Assembly: GCA_964454175.1 (NCBI GenBank)
Contig: CAYVSA010000001.1
Coordinates: 86,270 to 102,548 of the forward strand
Length of the DNA stretch: 16,279 bases
Source: an uncultured Pseudomonadota bacterium
Lineage (GTDB): Bacteria > BMS3Abin14
Direction: 5' to 3'
The notes under the pieces were generated by a model, which was not told where the DNA came from, did not search any database, and saw only the letters and a program-made list of their open reading frames with translations. Below are positions 1-6,431 of this stretch, piece by piece; position 1 is the first letter of the stretch, and the number at the start of each line of letters is the position of its first letter. The translations under genes and the position numbers were made by a program.

Positions 1-386
1 CTTGATTCAGTTTGCCTGATATATCTTTCAATTATTTTACGCGTCATTGGCACCAGCGGGATCAGGGTGTGCTCCCTGGGCCTGACCCATAAATAGTCAA
101 GGTTGTCTCTGGTCGAGTAGTGCTCCTCTGTATCCACGAAACCCACATGGTCGAAGGATATGTGGTGTGATTCGTCATCGATGTTCTCGCTCGGTTCCAG
201 GAATACCGGCTCGACATTCAGGCCGGTGAGATCCATGACCCTTGCGGCGAGGCAATCTTTTATCATTTCACCAGGGCGCACCCTGCACCACGGTATAGCG
301 TAGGCGTAGTCGTCCCTGTTCTTGACGAGAAGGAGATCCCCTTTGCTGTTGACGATCACGATCCCGGCAAAATTCTCAATGCCCAT
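1..386 (-). CDS. Nudix-fold protein with degenerate Nudix box (3' end runs off the window)
   Basis: Not in ORF track. Hand translation from ATG at 386 (GGAG SD upstream): MGIENFAGIVIVNSKGDLLLVKNRDDYAYAIPWCRVRPGEMIKDCLAARVMDLTGLNVEPVFLEP...YLWVRPREHTLIPLVPMTRKIIERYIRQTES, open to the window edge. Pattern 'AGIVIVN..G.LLLVK....P...V.PGE....C.......TGL' is typical of Nudix hydrolases. Confidence 0.8.
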   Translation of the reverse strand, partial: MGIENFAGIVIVNSKGDLLLVKNRDDYAYAIPWCRVRPGEMIKDCLAARVMDLTGLNVEPVFLEPSENIDDESHHISFDHVGFVDTEEHYSTRDNLDYLWVRPREHTLIPLVPMTRKIIERYIRQTES

Positions 387-419
387 GACTTCTCCCAGAG
401 AAAGATATTCTGGGCTGCG

Positions 420-448
420 ATAATAGTGCCGCTTCGGTGCCGGGTCAA
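420..448 (-). promoter_or_regulatory. sigma70-type promoter for the Nudix-like gene
   Basis: Minus strand TTGACC (448-443), 17-nt spacer, TATTAT (425-420), about 34 nt upstream of the ATG at 386. Confidence 0.6.
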
Positions 449-498
449 GGCCCGGTGGACAAAAAATCCCTGTTATTTGTGTTGAATGCTAATTTTAC

Positions 499-526
499 TT
501 GACAAAAGAGGTTAGCTGAGTATTAT
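499..526 (+). promoter_or_regulatory. sigma70-type promoter driving a candidate short RNA
   Basis: TTGACA (499-504), 16-nt spacer, TATTAT (521-526), with AT-rich upstream sequence. Confidence 0.55.
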
Positions 527-531
527 TTCAC

Positions 532-602
532 ATTGAAGAGTGGACCAGAGTCTCTTCATTGGGGGGCCCCGGGATAGCCAGCACTGTCCCGGGTTTTTCT
601 TT
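532..602 (+). ncRNA. candidate small RNA (~70 nt, two hairpins), family not recognised
   Basis: Lies between the promoter at 499-526 and a terminator. 5' hairpin TGAAGAG (534-540)/CTCTTCA (552-558). No credible plus-strand gene follows, because ptsP is convergent. Confidence 0.45.
568..602 (+). terminator. intrinsic terminator
   Basis: Stem CCCGGGATAG (568-577)/CTGTCCCGGG (584-593), 10 bp with one G-U, followed by TTTTTCTTT on the plus strand only. Confidence 0.75.
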
Positions 603-678
603 GTCCTGTTTACCCGGGAATATCATACAGGCACATATGCTGTTTTGCAGGAAAGCTCACGCCCGTAAAAGCCCATCA

Positions 679-2997
679 TTAACTGTCTGCCTGCTCCTGG
701 GGAGTGTAGAGGATCTCCAGGGTTATCAGGTGTTCGAACCGCTGCAGAATGCGCCTGACTTCGTCTGCTGTACCAGCCTTCAGGGCTCTTCGAGCCGCCC
801 TGACGGAATCCTCGTGTTTTATGAGTCTTATTGCTCTTTTAACAAGGGGTATCGATGCTGCGTTCATGGACAACTCGGTTATCCCGAGCCCCAGAAGCAT
901 GGGTGCCCAGAGCGGGTCACCTGCAACCTCGCCGCACACGGCAACGGGGATCCCGGCATCTTTGCCAGCCTTTGCAGTTGTGTAGATGAGGTTGAGGACG
1001 GCCGGGTTCATCGGGTCGTAAAGATGAGCAACCCTCTTGTTGTTCCTGTCAACGGCAAGTGTATACTGAATGAGATCGTTCGTGCCGATAGAGAAAAAGT
1101 CTACTTCTTTGGCCATTTTTTTGGCGAGGACGGCAGCAGACGGTATCTCAACCATAATTCCCATGGGAACGTTCCTGTTAAAGGGAACCCCGGCTCTCTT
1201 TAGCTCCCGTACGGTCTCTTCAATGATCGTTTTAACCTTCAGGACCTCCTCAAGAGAGGAGATCATGGGTATCAGCAGTTTGACCTTACCGTGACGAGCG
1301 GCACGGAACACGGCTCTCAACTGGATCTTGAAGACGTCCTGTTTTTCCAGGCACATCCTGATTGATCTCAGGCCGAGGAAAGGGTTTTCCTCCGGGGAGA
1401 ATTTCAGGTATGGAATATTCTTGTCACCGCCAATATCCAGTGTGCGGATAGTTACAACCTTTCCATCGGCTCCCTCGATCATTCTCCGGTAGATACGGTA
1501 CTGCTCATCCTCGGTAGGCAGGGTGTTTCTCGCAATGAATGGAAGTTCCGTCCGGTAAAGGCCTACGCCCGAAGCACCGTAGAAGTGCACCAGCTTGAGA
1601 TCGGAGAGCAGGCCGACGTTAGCCATCAACTCGACCCCGTAGCCATCGAGGGTTTGTGCCGGCAGGCTCTTTTCGCTGACGAGCTCGACTACAAAGCTGT
1701 TGTACTCCTCCATTAGCCTCTTGAACTCCGCTACGAGCTCTTCATCCGGATTAATAAAGATGTTGCCGGTGTTGCCGTCAATGATCAGAAAATCACCGGG
1801 GTGGACCGATTCCATAACCTCGCTTAACCCCACGACACAGGGTATCCCGAGAGATCGTGACAGGATGATCGCGTGGGAAGTGTGGCCGCCTCCGGCAGTG
1901 GCGATACCGTTGATCTGCTGCTCCGTCAGGTGGGCTGTGTCTGATGGCGTTATCATGTTCGACACGAGGATACCGCTCTGGTCCCCACCGGCTGGTTCGG
2001 CAGGGGAATCGCCACTAAGTATGTGGACCATTCGCCTCCCGATGTCCTCAATGTCCACGACCCTGTCTTTGAGGTAGGGGTCATCTATCTGTGCGAAACT
2101 CTTTCTGTAGTCCTGAATGATCGATTTAACTGCGTAAAGGGCTGTGAACCCGGCATTGATGAGATCCTCGACTTTCTGGGTAAAACCCTTGTCCTCCAGC
2201 ATCATGAGATGGATGTTGAAAATGGCTGCGTCATCGTCGCCCAGTTGGTGCCTGATATTGATCTGAAGCTGCTCGACCTGGTCCCTTGCTTTTGACAGTG
2301 CTCCCCTGAAGGCAGACAACTCACCTTCGGTATCCTCTGTCCTTTCCTCGAGGATGTAGTGGTAATCCTCAGAAGTGTCCAATACTATGGCTCGGCCCAT
2401 GGCTATCCCCGGAGATGCCGCTGTGCCGTGCAGAATACCGGGTTTCGTCATCGGCATGATGTCGATCTCTGTCTGACCGCTCGCCATGGACAGTGAGTTC
2501 AAAAGCTTCGCGTTGACGGCTACACTTGCCACCTGGCCGGCAATTGTGTTGAAGAGTTGGATCTCCTGGGTACTGTATGTCCGCTCCTCCCTGTCCTGCA
2601 CAATAAGTACCCCTATCGGGTTGCGCCTGCTGATGAGCGGCACGCCAAGGAAGGTCTGGAAGTGCTCCTCCTTCGTCACCGGAAAATACTTGAAACGGGG
2701 GTGGTTGTCTGCGTTCTGGACAACCAGGGGGGCCTTGGTTTCGAAAACAAGGCCGGTTAAACCCTCGGAGGGCCTCATCTCAACTTTTCCAATGGAATCG
2801 GGATTTAGCCCTTCGGTAGCTGCCATCGAGAGGACGTTCCTCTCCTCATCGTACATGTAAAGAGAACAGACGTCGGTATCCATCTCCTTCTTGACCAGGG
2901 ATACGATATTGTCCACAGTCTCTCTGAAGTCGTGGGACTCTCCGATCATTCTGGTGATCCGCTCGAGCAGACCTAGCCGTTCTTCTGCCGGACCCAT
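679..2997 (-). CDS. ptsP: phosphoenolpyruvate-protein phosphotransferase with N-terminal GAF domain (enzyme I-Ntr type)
   Basis: 772 aa. N-terminal GAF (CSLYMYD...GEGL-like 'SEGLTGLV', 'HPRFKYFP', 'FLGVPL'). Phospho-His motif GGGHTSHAIILSRSLGIP, plus GVGLYRTE, RTLDIGGDK, ENPFLGLRSIR, DFFSIGTNDLIQY and VCGE. GGAGG SD. Confidence 0.95.
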   Translation of the reverse strand: MGPAEERLGLLERITRMIGESHDFRETVDNIVSLVKKEMDTDVCSLYMYDEERNVLSMAATEGLNPDSIGKVEMRPSEGLTGLVFETKAPLVVQNADNHPRFKYFPVTKEEHFQTFLGVPLISRRNPIGVLIVQDREERTYSTQEIQLFNTIAGQVASVAVNAKLLNSLSMASGQTEIDIMPMTKPGILHGTAASPGIAMGRAIVLDTSEDYHYILEERTEDTEGELSAFRGALSKARDQVEQLQINIRHQLGDDDAAIFNIHLMMLEDKGFTQKVEDLINAGFTALYAVKSIIQDYRKSFAQIDDPYLKDRVVDIEDIGRRMVHILSGDSPAEPAGGDQSGILVSNMITPSDTAHLTEQQINGIATAGGGHTSHAIILSRSLGIPCVVGLSEVMESVHPGDFLIIDGNTGNIFINPDEELVAEFKRLMEEYNSFVVELVSEKSLPAQTLDGYGVELMANVGLLSDLKLVHFYGASGVGLYRTELPFIARNTLPTEDEQYRIYRRMIEGADGKVVTIRTLDIGGDKNIPYLKFSPEENPFLGLRSIRMCLEKQDVFKIQLRAVFRAARHGKVKLLIPMISSLEEVLKVKTIIEETVRELKRAGVPFNRNVPMGIMVEIPSAAVLAKKMAKEVDFFSIGTNDLIQYTLAVDRNNKRVAHLYDPMNPAVLNLIYTTAKAGKDAGIPVAVCGEVAGDPLWAPMLLGLGITELSMNAASIPLVKRAIRLIKHEDSVRAARRALKAGTADEVRRILQRFEHLITLEILYTPQEQADS

Positions 2998-3083
2998 CTA
3001 GAGGCAGCCTCCATTATCCCGGTAGCTGGTGACAAGAGACGCATCCCCAGCATGTTAACGATCTAAACCAGACGGAAAACTTA

Positions 3084-3092
3084 AATATACCA
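3084..3092 (-). promoter_or_regulatory. extended -10 element upstream of ptsP
   Basis: Minus strand TGGTATATT (TGn-TATATT), about 87 nt upstream of the ptsP ATG. Only a weak -35 (TTTCAC) is present. Confidence 0.35.
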
Positions 3093-3129
3093 CCTGGCAG
3101 CATGTCGTGAAAGCCCGGCATTAAATAAA

Positions 3130-3194
3130 AGTTGCTTGTTTCGAGTTCCCTGTTTCAAGTTGCCGGATTCTGACCCCTGAGCACTGGATTCTGA
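3130..3194. repeat. degenerate 7-bp-period tandem repeat
   Basis: agttgct tgtttcg agttccc tgtttca agttgcc ggattct gacccct gagcact ggattct, immediately after the radC stop. Confidence 0.6.
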
Positions 3195-3197
3195 TCG

Positions 3198-3797
3198 CTA
3201 CAATTCGCCGGCATCTGAAAAGGAGTAGTATGACGAGAGTGTTACCACAAGGTGGTCTAAAAACCGGACTCCCAGCAGCGAGGCAGCCTTCGCCACCCGC
3301 TCGGTCAGCCTTCGGTCTTCGGGTGACGGGGTCGGGTCCTGGGAAGGGTGGTTGTGAAGACATATTATGCTTGCGGCAGAGTTCCTGATGGCTGTTCGTA
3401 ATATGTCAGCTGGGCTCACGTGGACGGTGTTAACGGAGCCTACGGCGGCAGTATCCTCGGCAACGATGCGATTCCTGCTGTTTAATGCGAGGACTAAAAA
3501 CAGTTCTTTTTCCTCCTTGCCGATGCGGAACCTGAACATGTCAAAGACATCCCTGCTGCTGGAAACAGTGCCCAGCCTGCTCTCGCTCCTGCAGCAGAAC
3601 TCGAACAATAGGGGCAGTGATTTGATCGCCCTGGCCCTTGACGGTCCGACCATAGGGATCATCTTCAGGACCTGTTCGTCAGCCTGCAGCATCTGGAGAA
3701 GGGAGAATCTTGCCAGAAGATTTGTTGCTGCCTTGCGACCGAGAATGGGTTCCAGGAGGGATAACTCCCTGTCCCTTGTGCCAACTGATTTGTTCAT
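3198..3797 (-). CDS. radC: RadC-family (UPF0758) JAB/MPN domain protein
   Basis: HhH-like 'LKMIPMVGPSRARAI', 'EKELFLVLALNSRNRIV', 'GSVNTVHVSPADI', JAMM motif HNHPSQDPTPSPED, and 'FLDHLVV...YYSFSDAGEL'. Confidence 0.9.
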   Translation of the reverse strand: MNKSVGTRDRELSLLEPILGRKAATNLLARFSLLQMLQADEQVLKMIPMVGPSRARAIKSLPLLFEFCCRSESRLGTVSSSRDVFDMFRFRIGKEEKELFLVLALNSRNRIVAEDTAAVGSVNTVHVSPADILRTAIRNSAASIICLHNHPSQDPTPSPEDRRLTERVAKAASLLGVRFLDHLVVTLSSYYSFSDAGEL

Positions 3798-3815
3798 AGT
3801 ATAAGTACATTCAAG

Positions 3816-4280
3816 ATGAATGCCAAAAGATCGGGATTTAAAGTTTTTTCCAATACTATCGACATCAGAACAGCCGGAGAACTGGACATGGTAGATATTT
3901 CATCCAATCTGGTTTCGGCAGTCAGTTCGGCAGGTGTCCTTCACGGTACCGTCCATGTTTTTGTTGCCGGATCGACGGCAGCCGTCACAACAATAGAATA
4001 CGAATCCGGCGCTATATCAGATCTCAAAGCCGCCATTGGGCGAATGGCCCCGGCTGAGATCCACTACGCGCATGATGCCAGGTGGGGCGACGGCAATGGG
4101 AGATCACATGTTCGGGCGGCAATAATCGGGCCTTCTCTCTGCGTACCGGTCAGGAATGGGGCCCCCCTGCTGGGGACGTGGCAGCAGGTGATCATAGTTG
4201 AGCTGGATATCCGTGCAAGGGACCGGAAAGTCCACGTTACAGTTTCAGGGTCATCCGGGGCCGGTGGAGGTGATGTTTGA
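3816..4280 (+). CDS. yjbQ: YjbQ/UPF0047 family protein (secondary thiamine-phosphate synthase family)
   Basis: Motifs GSTAAVTTIEYESG, HDARWGDGNGRSHVRAAIIGPS and LGTWQQVIIVELD. Confidence 0.88.
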   Translation: MNAKRSGFKVFSNTIDIRTAGELDMVDISSNLVSAVSSAGVLHGTVHVFVAGSTAAVTTIEYESGAISDLKAAIGRMAPAEIHYAHDARWGDGNGRSHVRAAIIGPSLCVPVRNGAPLLGTWQQVIIVELDIRARDRKVHVTVSGSSGAGGGDV

Positions 4281-4729
4281 AGTTTTTCAAGTCTGATGAA
4301 CTACTCGAGATCCTCAGCTTTGCATCCGAAAGTGAGACCCAGACCGCGGGCGGCAGGCTGGTATTTACGCTCATGCAGGTAGAACAGATTTCCGGGGAGG
4401 GGGTCCTTGCCGCAACACCTGATGGTTCTACCGAGGCCAGACGAGTCAAGAGGCCTGCAAAGGGAGTAATTGATGGGGACAGGGCCTGGTGGGACCTTTC
4501 CAATGGCTGCTATCTGGCCACCTTCAATGAGCGAATACTGGTGCCGGCAGACGGGGTCCTTGTGGTCCAGCCGCACCCCGAAGCCATGAAGAACGGCCTC
4601 TGGCACCCCACGCTTTTTGTCAGAGAATGGGAAAGAGACACGGCGTCTATCCTCATGGTCATTTCCGCGAGGGGACTCAAGATCCAGGAAAACGCTCCGG
4701 TTTCGGTGGGGTTCCTGATCTCCGGATGA
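4277..4729 (+). CDS. dCTP deaminase/dUTPase-fold protein, degenerate active-site motifs
   Basis: TTG start overlaps the yjbQ stop (TTGA), with GGAGG SD. 'ETQ...L.FTL..V', 'WWDLSNGCYLATFNE.I.VP', 'NGLWHPTL' and 'GLKIQENAPVS' resemble short trimeric dUTPase-like proteins. Confidence 0.65.
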   Translation: MKFFKSDELLEILSFASESETQTAGGRLVFTLMQVEQISGEGVLAATPDGSTEARRVKRPAKGVIDGDRAWWDLSNGCYLATFNERILVPADGVLVVQPHPEAMKNGLWHPTLFVREWERDTASILMVISARGLKIQENAPVSVGFLISG

Positions 4730-4746
4730 GTCTGCCCGGTGGCACT

Positions 4747-4762
4747 CTCAATGTACATTGAG
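4747..4762. promoter_or_regulatory. perfect 16-bp palindrome, candidate transcription-factor site
   Basis: CTCAATGTACATTGAG is its own reverse complement and ends 1 bp before the TTGACA at 4764. Confidence 0.45.
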
Positions 4763-4763
4763 C

Positions 4764-4793
4764 TTGACAGGCCGGTCCATATCTGATAGCCCT
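4764..4793 (+). promoter_or_regulatory. probable trp operon promoter
   Basis: Consensus TTGACA at 4764-4769. At 17-nt spacing there is TGa-TAGCCC (weak -10 with extended TG), just upstream of the leader ORF. Confidence 0.45.
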
Positions 4794-4801
4794 TACCGAT
4801 C

Positions 4802-4882
4802 ATGTTGACTGGATATTTTACATCTACATCATTTTCCAGCTGGTGGTGGACCGTGTCTGCAGGGGAGGTTCCGAGCCGCTGA
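4802..4882 (+). CDS. trpL: trp operon leader peptide MLTGYFTSTSFSSWWWTVSAGEVPSR
   Basis: ATG at 4802, TGGTGGTGG at 4841-4849, TGA at 4880-4882. Lies directly upstream of terminator hairpins and trpE. Confidence 0.88.
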   Translation: MLTGYFTSTSFSSWWWTVSAGEVPSR

Positions 4883-4910
4883 TCCGGTGAGTGAAAGTTG
4901 AGGATTTTTG

Positions 4911-4941
4911 GCCGCGTGTCTCCCAGGACCCGCGGTTTTTT
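4911..4941 (+). terminator. attenuator terminator T1
   Basis: GCCGCGTGTCT-ccca-GGACCCGCGGT (one mismatch), running into TTTTTT at 4936-4941. Confidence 0.75.
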
Positions 4942-4945
4942 CATT

Positions 4946-4979
4946 TAAGGGCTGCGGCAATAGCAGCCCTTATTTTTTT
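4946..4979 (+). terminator. attenuator terminator T2
   Basis: Perfect 10-bp stem TAAGGGCTGC (4946-4955)/GCAGCCCTTA (4963-4972) plus T7 (4973-4979), immediately before the trpE SD GGAGG (4980-4984). Confidence 0.85.
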
Positions 4980-4990
4980 GGAGGATCAAT

Positions 4991-6430
4991 ATGGAAACTG
5001 CTGTAAAAAACATCGTCCCGAAGCTGTCCCTCAGATGTGCTTTTCGGGATCTTGCGTACGAGCTGGGGGAGATGCCGGAAATGGATGCTGCCCTGGCTCC
5101 CATGGATCCCATAGGTTTTCTCGAGAGCAGGGAGGGGACGGAGAAGTGGGCAAGATACGGCATTACAGCGGCTCGTCCGATAATGCACGTCAGCGGCAGG
5201 CGCAACAGATTCACGCTCAGGGGGCCCGACGGCAGCCTGGTCGAAGGGGAAGCAACAGACCCGCTGGACCTGTTAAGAAGTATCGAACCTGCCGGGACCA
5301 TCCCCGAGGGGGTTGACGGCTTCAGGTACGTTGGGGGGTGGATCGGTTCCCTTGGCTATGAAAGTTCGGGGCTTTTCGATGGTATAGCACCGGCACGAGC
5401 CGACGATATCGATCTTCCTGATTACGCTTTCTTCCTGCCCTCGGTCCTGGTGCTAAAGGATGCTGTCGCCAGGCGGTTAACCCTCGTGGCGTGGGAGGTC
5501 AAGGGAGACAAAAAAGCCGAGACGATCCTTGACGAAGCAGAGAAGTGCCTGCAAAGTGCTGCGGACAGAGTGCCTCCGAAAAACGATGGGTCCAATCGGG
5601 AGGCAGTGACCACTTTTGGCGAAGAAGAGTTTCTCAAGGCTGTTGTAGACTCCAAAAAACTCATCCACGACGGAGAGTTGATACAGGTCGTAGTCTCACG
5701 CCGATGGGAGGTCGTGCCGTCACCGCCTCCCGAGGTCGTTTACAATGCCCTGTCGCAGTTGAATCCTTCACCGTACCATTTCTACCTTCGGCTGCCGGGC
5801 GGGGTGCTCCTGGGAGCATCTCCCGAGCTTCTTGTACGCAAAGACGAGAACTACCTCACCGTAAGACCCATCGCCGGGACGCGGCGGAGGGGCAGGGACG
5901 AGACCCAGGACCTTGAGAATGCGGCGGACATGCTGGCCGATCCAAAAGAACGCGCCGAGCACATAATGCTGGTGGATCTGGGACGCAATGACCTTGGCAG
6001 GGTTTCAGAACCTGGGACGGTGAAGGTCTCAAGACGTATGGAAGTCGAGTATTATTCCCATGTCATGCATCTCGTCTCGGAAGTTCAGTCGAGGATCGCA
6101 CAGGGAGCCGACGCTTACGATGTACTCAGGGCATCCTTCCCGGCCGGGACAGTATCCGGTGCCCCGAAGATCAGGGCGATGCAGGCTATATCAGAACTTG
6201 AGCCCGTGGTGAGAGGACCTTATGCCGGTGGCGTGGGCTATTTCGATCTCAGGGGCAATATGGATTTCTGCATCACCATACGATCGGTCTTTTACTCAGG
6301 AGACAGGGCCTTCGTACAGGCAGGGGCCGGTATTGTCGCAGATTCCGTTCCGGAAAAAGAGAGTGACGAGATAGAGGCTAAAGCTACCGCGATGCTAAAG
6401 GCGTTCGGTTCCGTCAGGGGGAGGGGGTAA
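4991..6430 (+). CDS. trpE: anthranilate synthase component I
   Basis: FLES, NPSPY, GASPELLV, RPIAGTRRRG, KERAEHIMLVDLGRNDLGRV, FPAGTVSGAPKIRAM and QAGAGIVADS. First gene of the trp cluster. Confidence 0.93.
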   Translation: METAVKNIVPKLSLRCAFRDLAYELGEMPEMDAALAPMDPIGFLESREGTEKWARYGITAARPIMHVSGRRNRFTLRGPDGSLVEGEATDPLDLLRSIEPAGTIPEGVDGFRYVGGWIGSLGYESSGLFDGIAPARADDIDLPDYAFFLPSVLVLKDAVARRLTLVAWEVKGDKKAETILDEAEKCLQSAADRVPPKNDGSNREAVTTFGEEEFLKAVVDSKKLIHDGELIQVVVSRRWEVVPSPPPEVVYNALSQLNPSPYHFYLRLPGGVLLGASPELLVRKDENYLTVRPIAGTRRRGRDETQDLENAADMLADPKERAEHIMLVDLGRNDLGRVSEPGTVKVSRRMEVEYYSHVMHLVSEVQSRIAQGADAYDVLRASFPAGTVSGAPKIRAMQAISELEPVVRGPYAGGVGYFDLRGNMDFCITIRSVFYSGDRAFVQAGAGIVADSVPEKESDEIEAKATAMLKAFGSVRGRG

Positions 6431-6431
6431 A

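Noticed and set aside
559-1203. 214-aa plus-strand ORF downstream of the 499-526 promoter
   Set aside because: Antisense shadow of ptsP, TTG start without SD, runs through a terminator, and has no recognisable motifs.
1-2997. Nudix gene next to ptsP as an rppH-ptsP operon equivalent
   Set aside because: In enterobacteria rppH lies upstream of ptsP and has an intact Nudix box. Here the gene is downstream, has its own promoter and is degenerate.
3198-3797. radC as a marker of a mobile element or anti-defence island
   Set aside because: It has the HhH-containing chromosomal form, and no integrase, transposase or att sites are nearby.
4730-4990. T-box riboswitch or TRAP-binding site in the trp leader
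   Set aside because: No T-box AAGGTGGTACCGCG-type consensus in an antiterminator context and no (G/U)AG-NN repeat run. The WWW leader peptide explains the region.
4510-5316. ORFs 4510-4944 (-), 4891-5316 (+) and 4945-5301 (-)
   Set aside because: They overlap the attenuator, trpE or the dUTPase-like gene in other frames and have no protein-like features.
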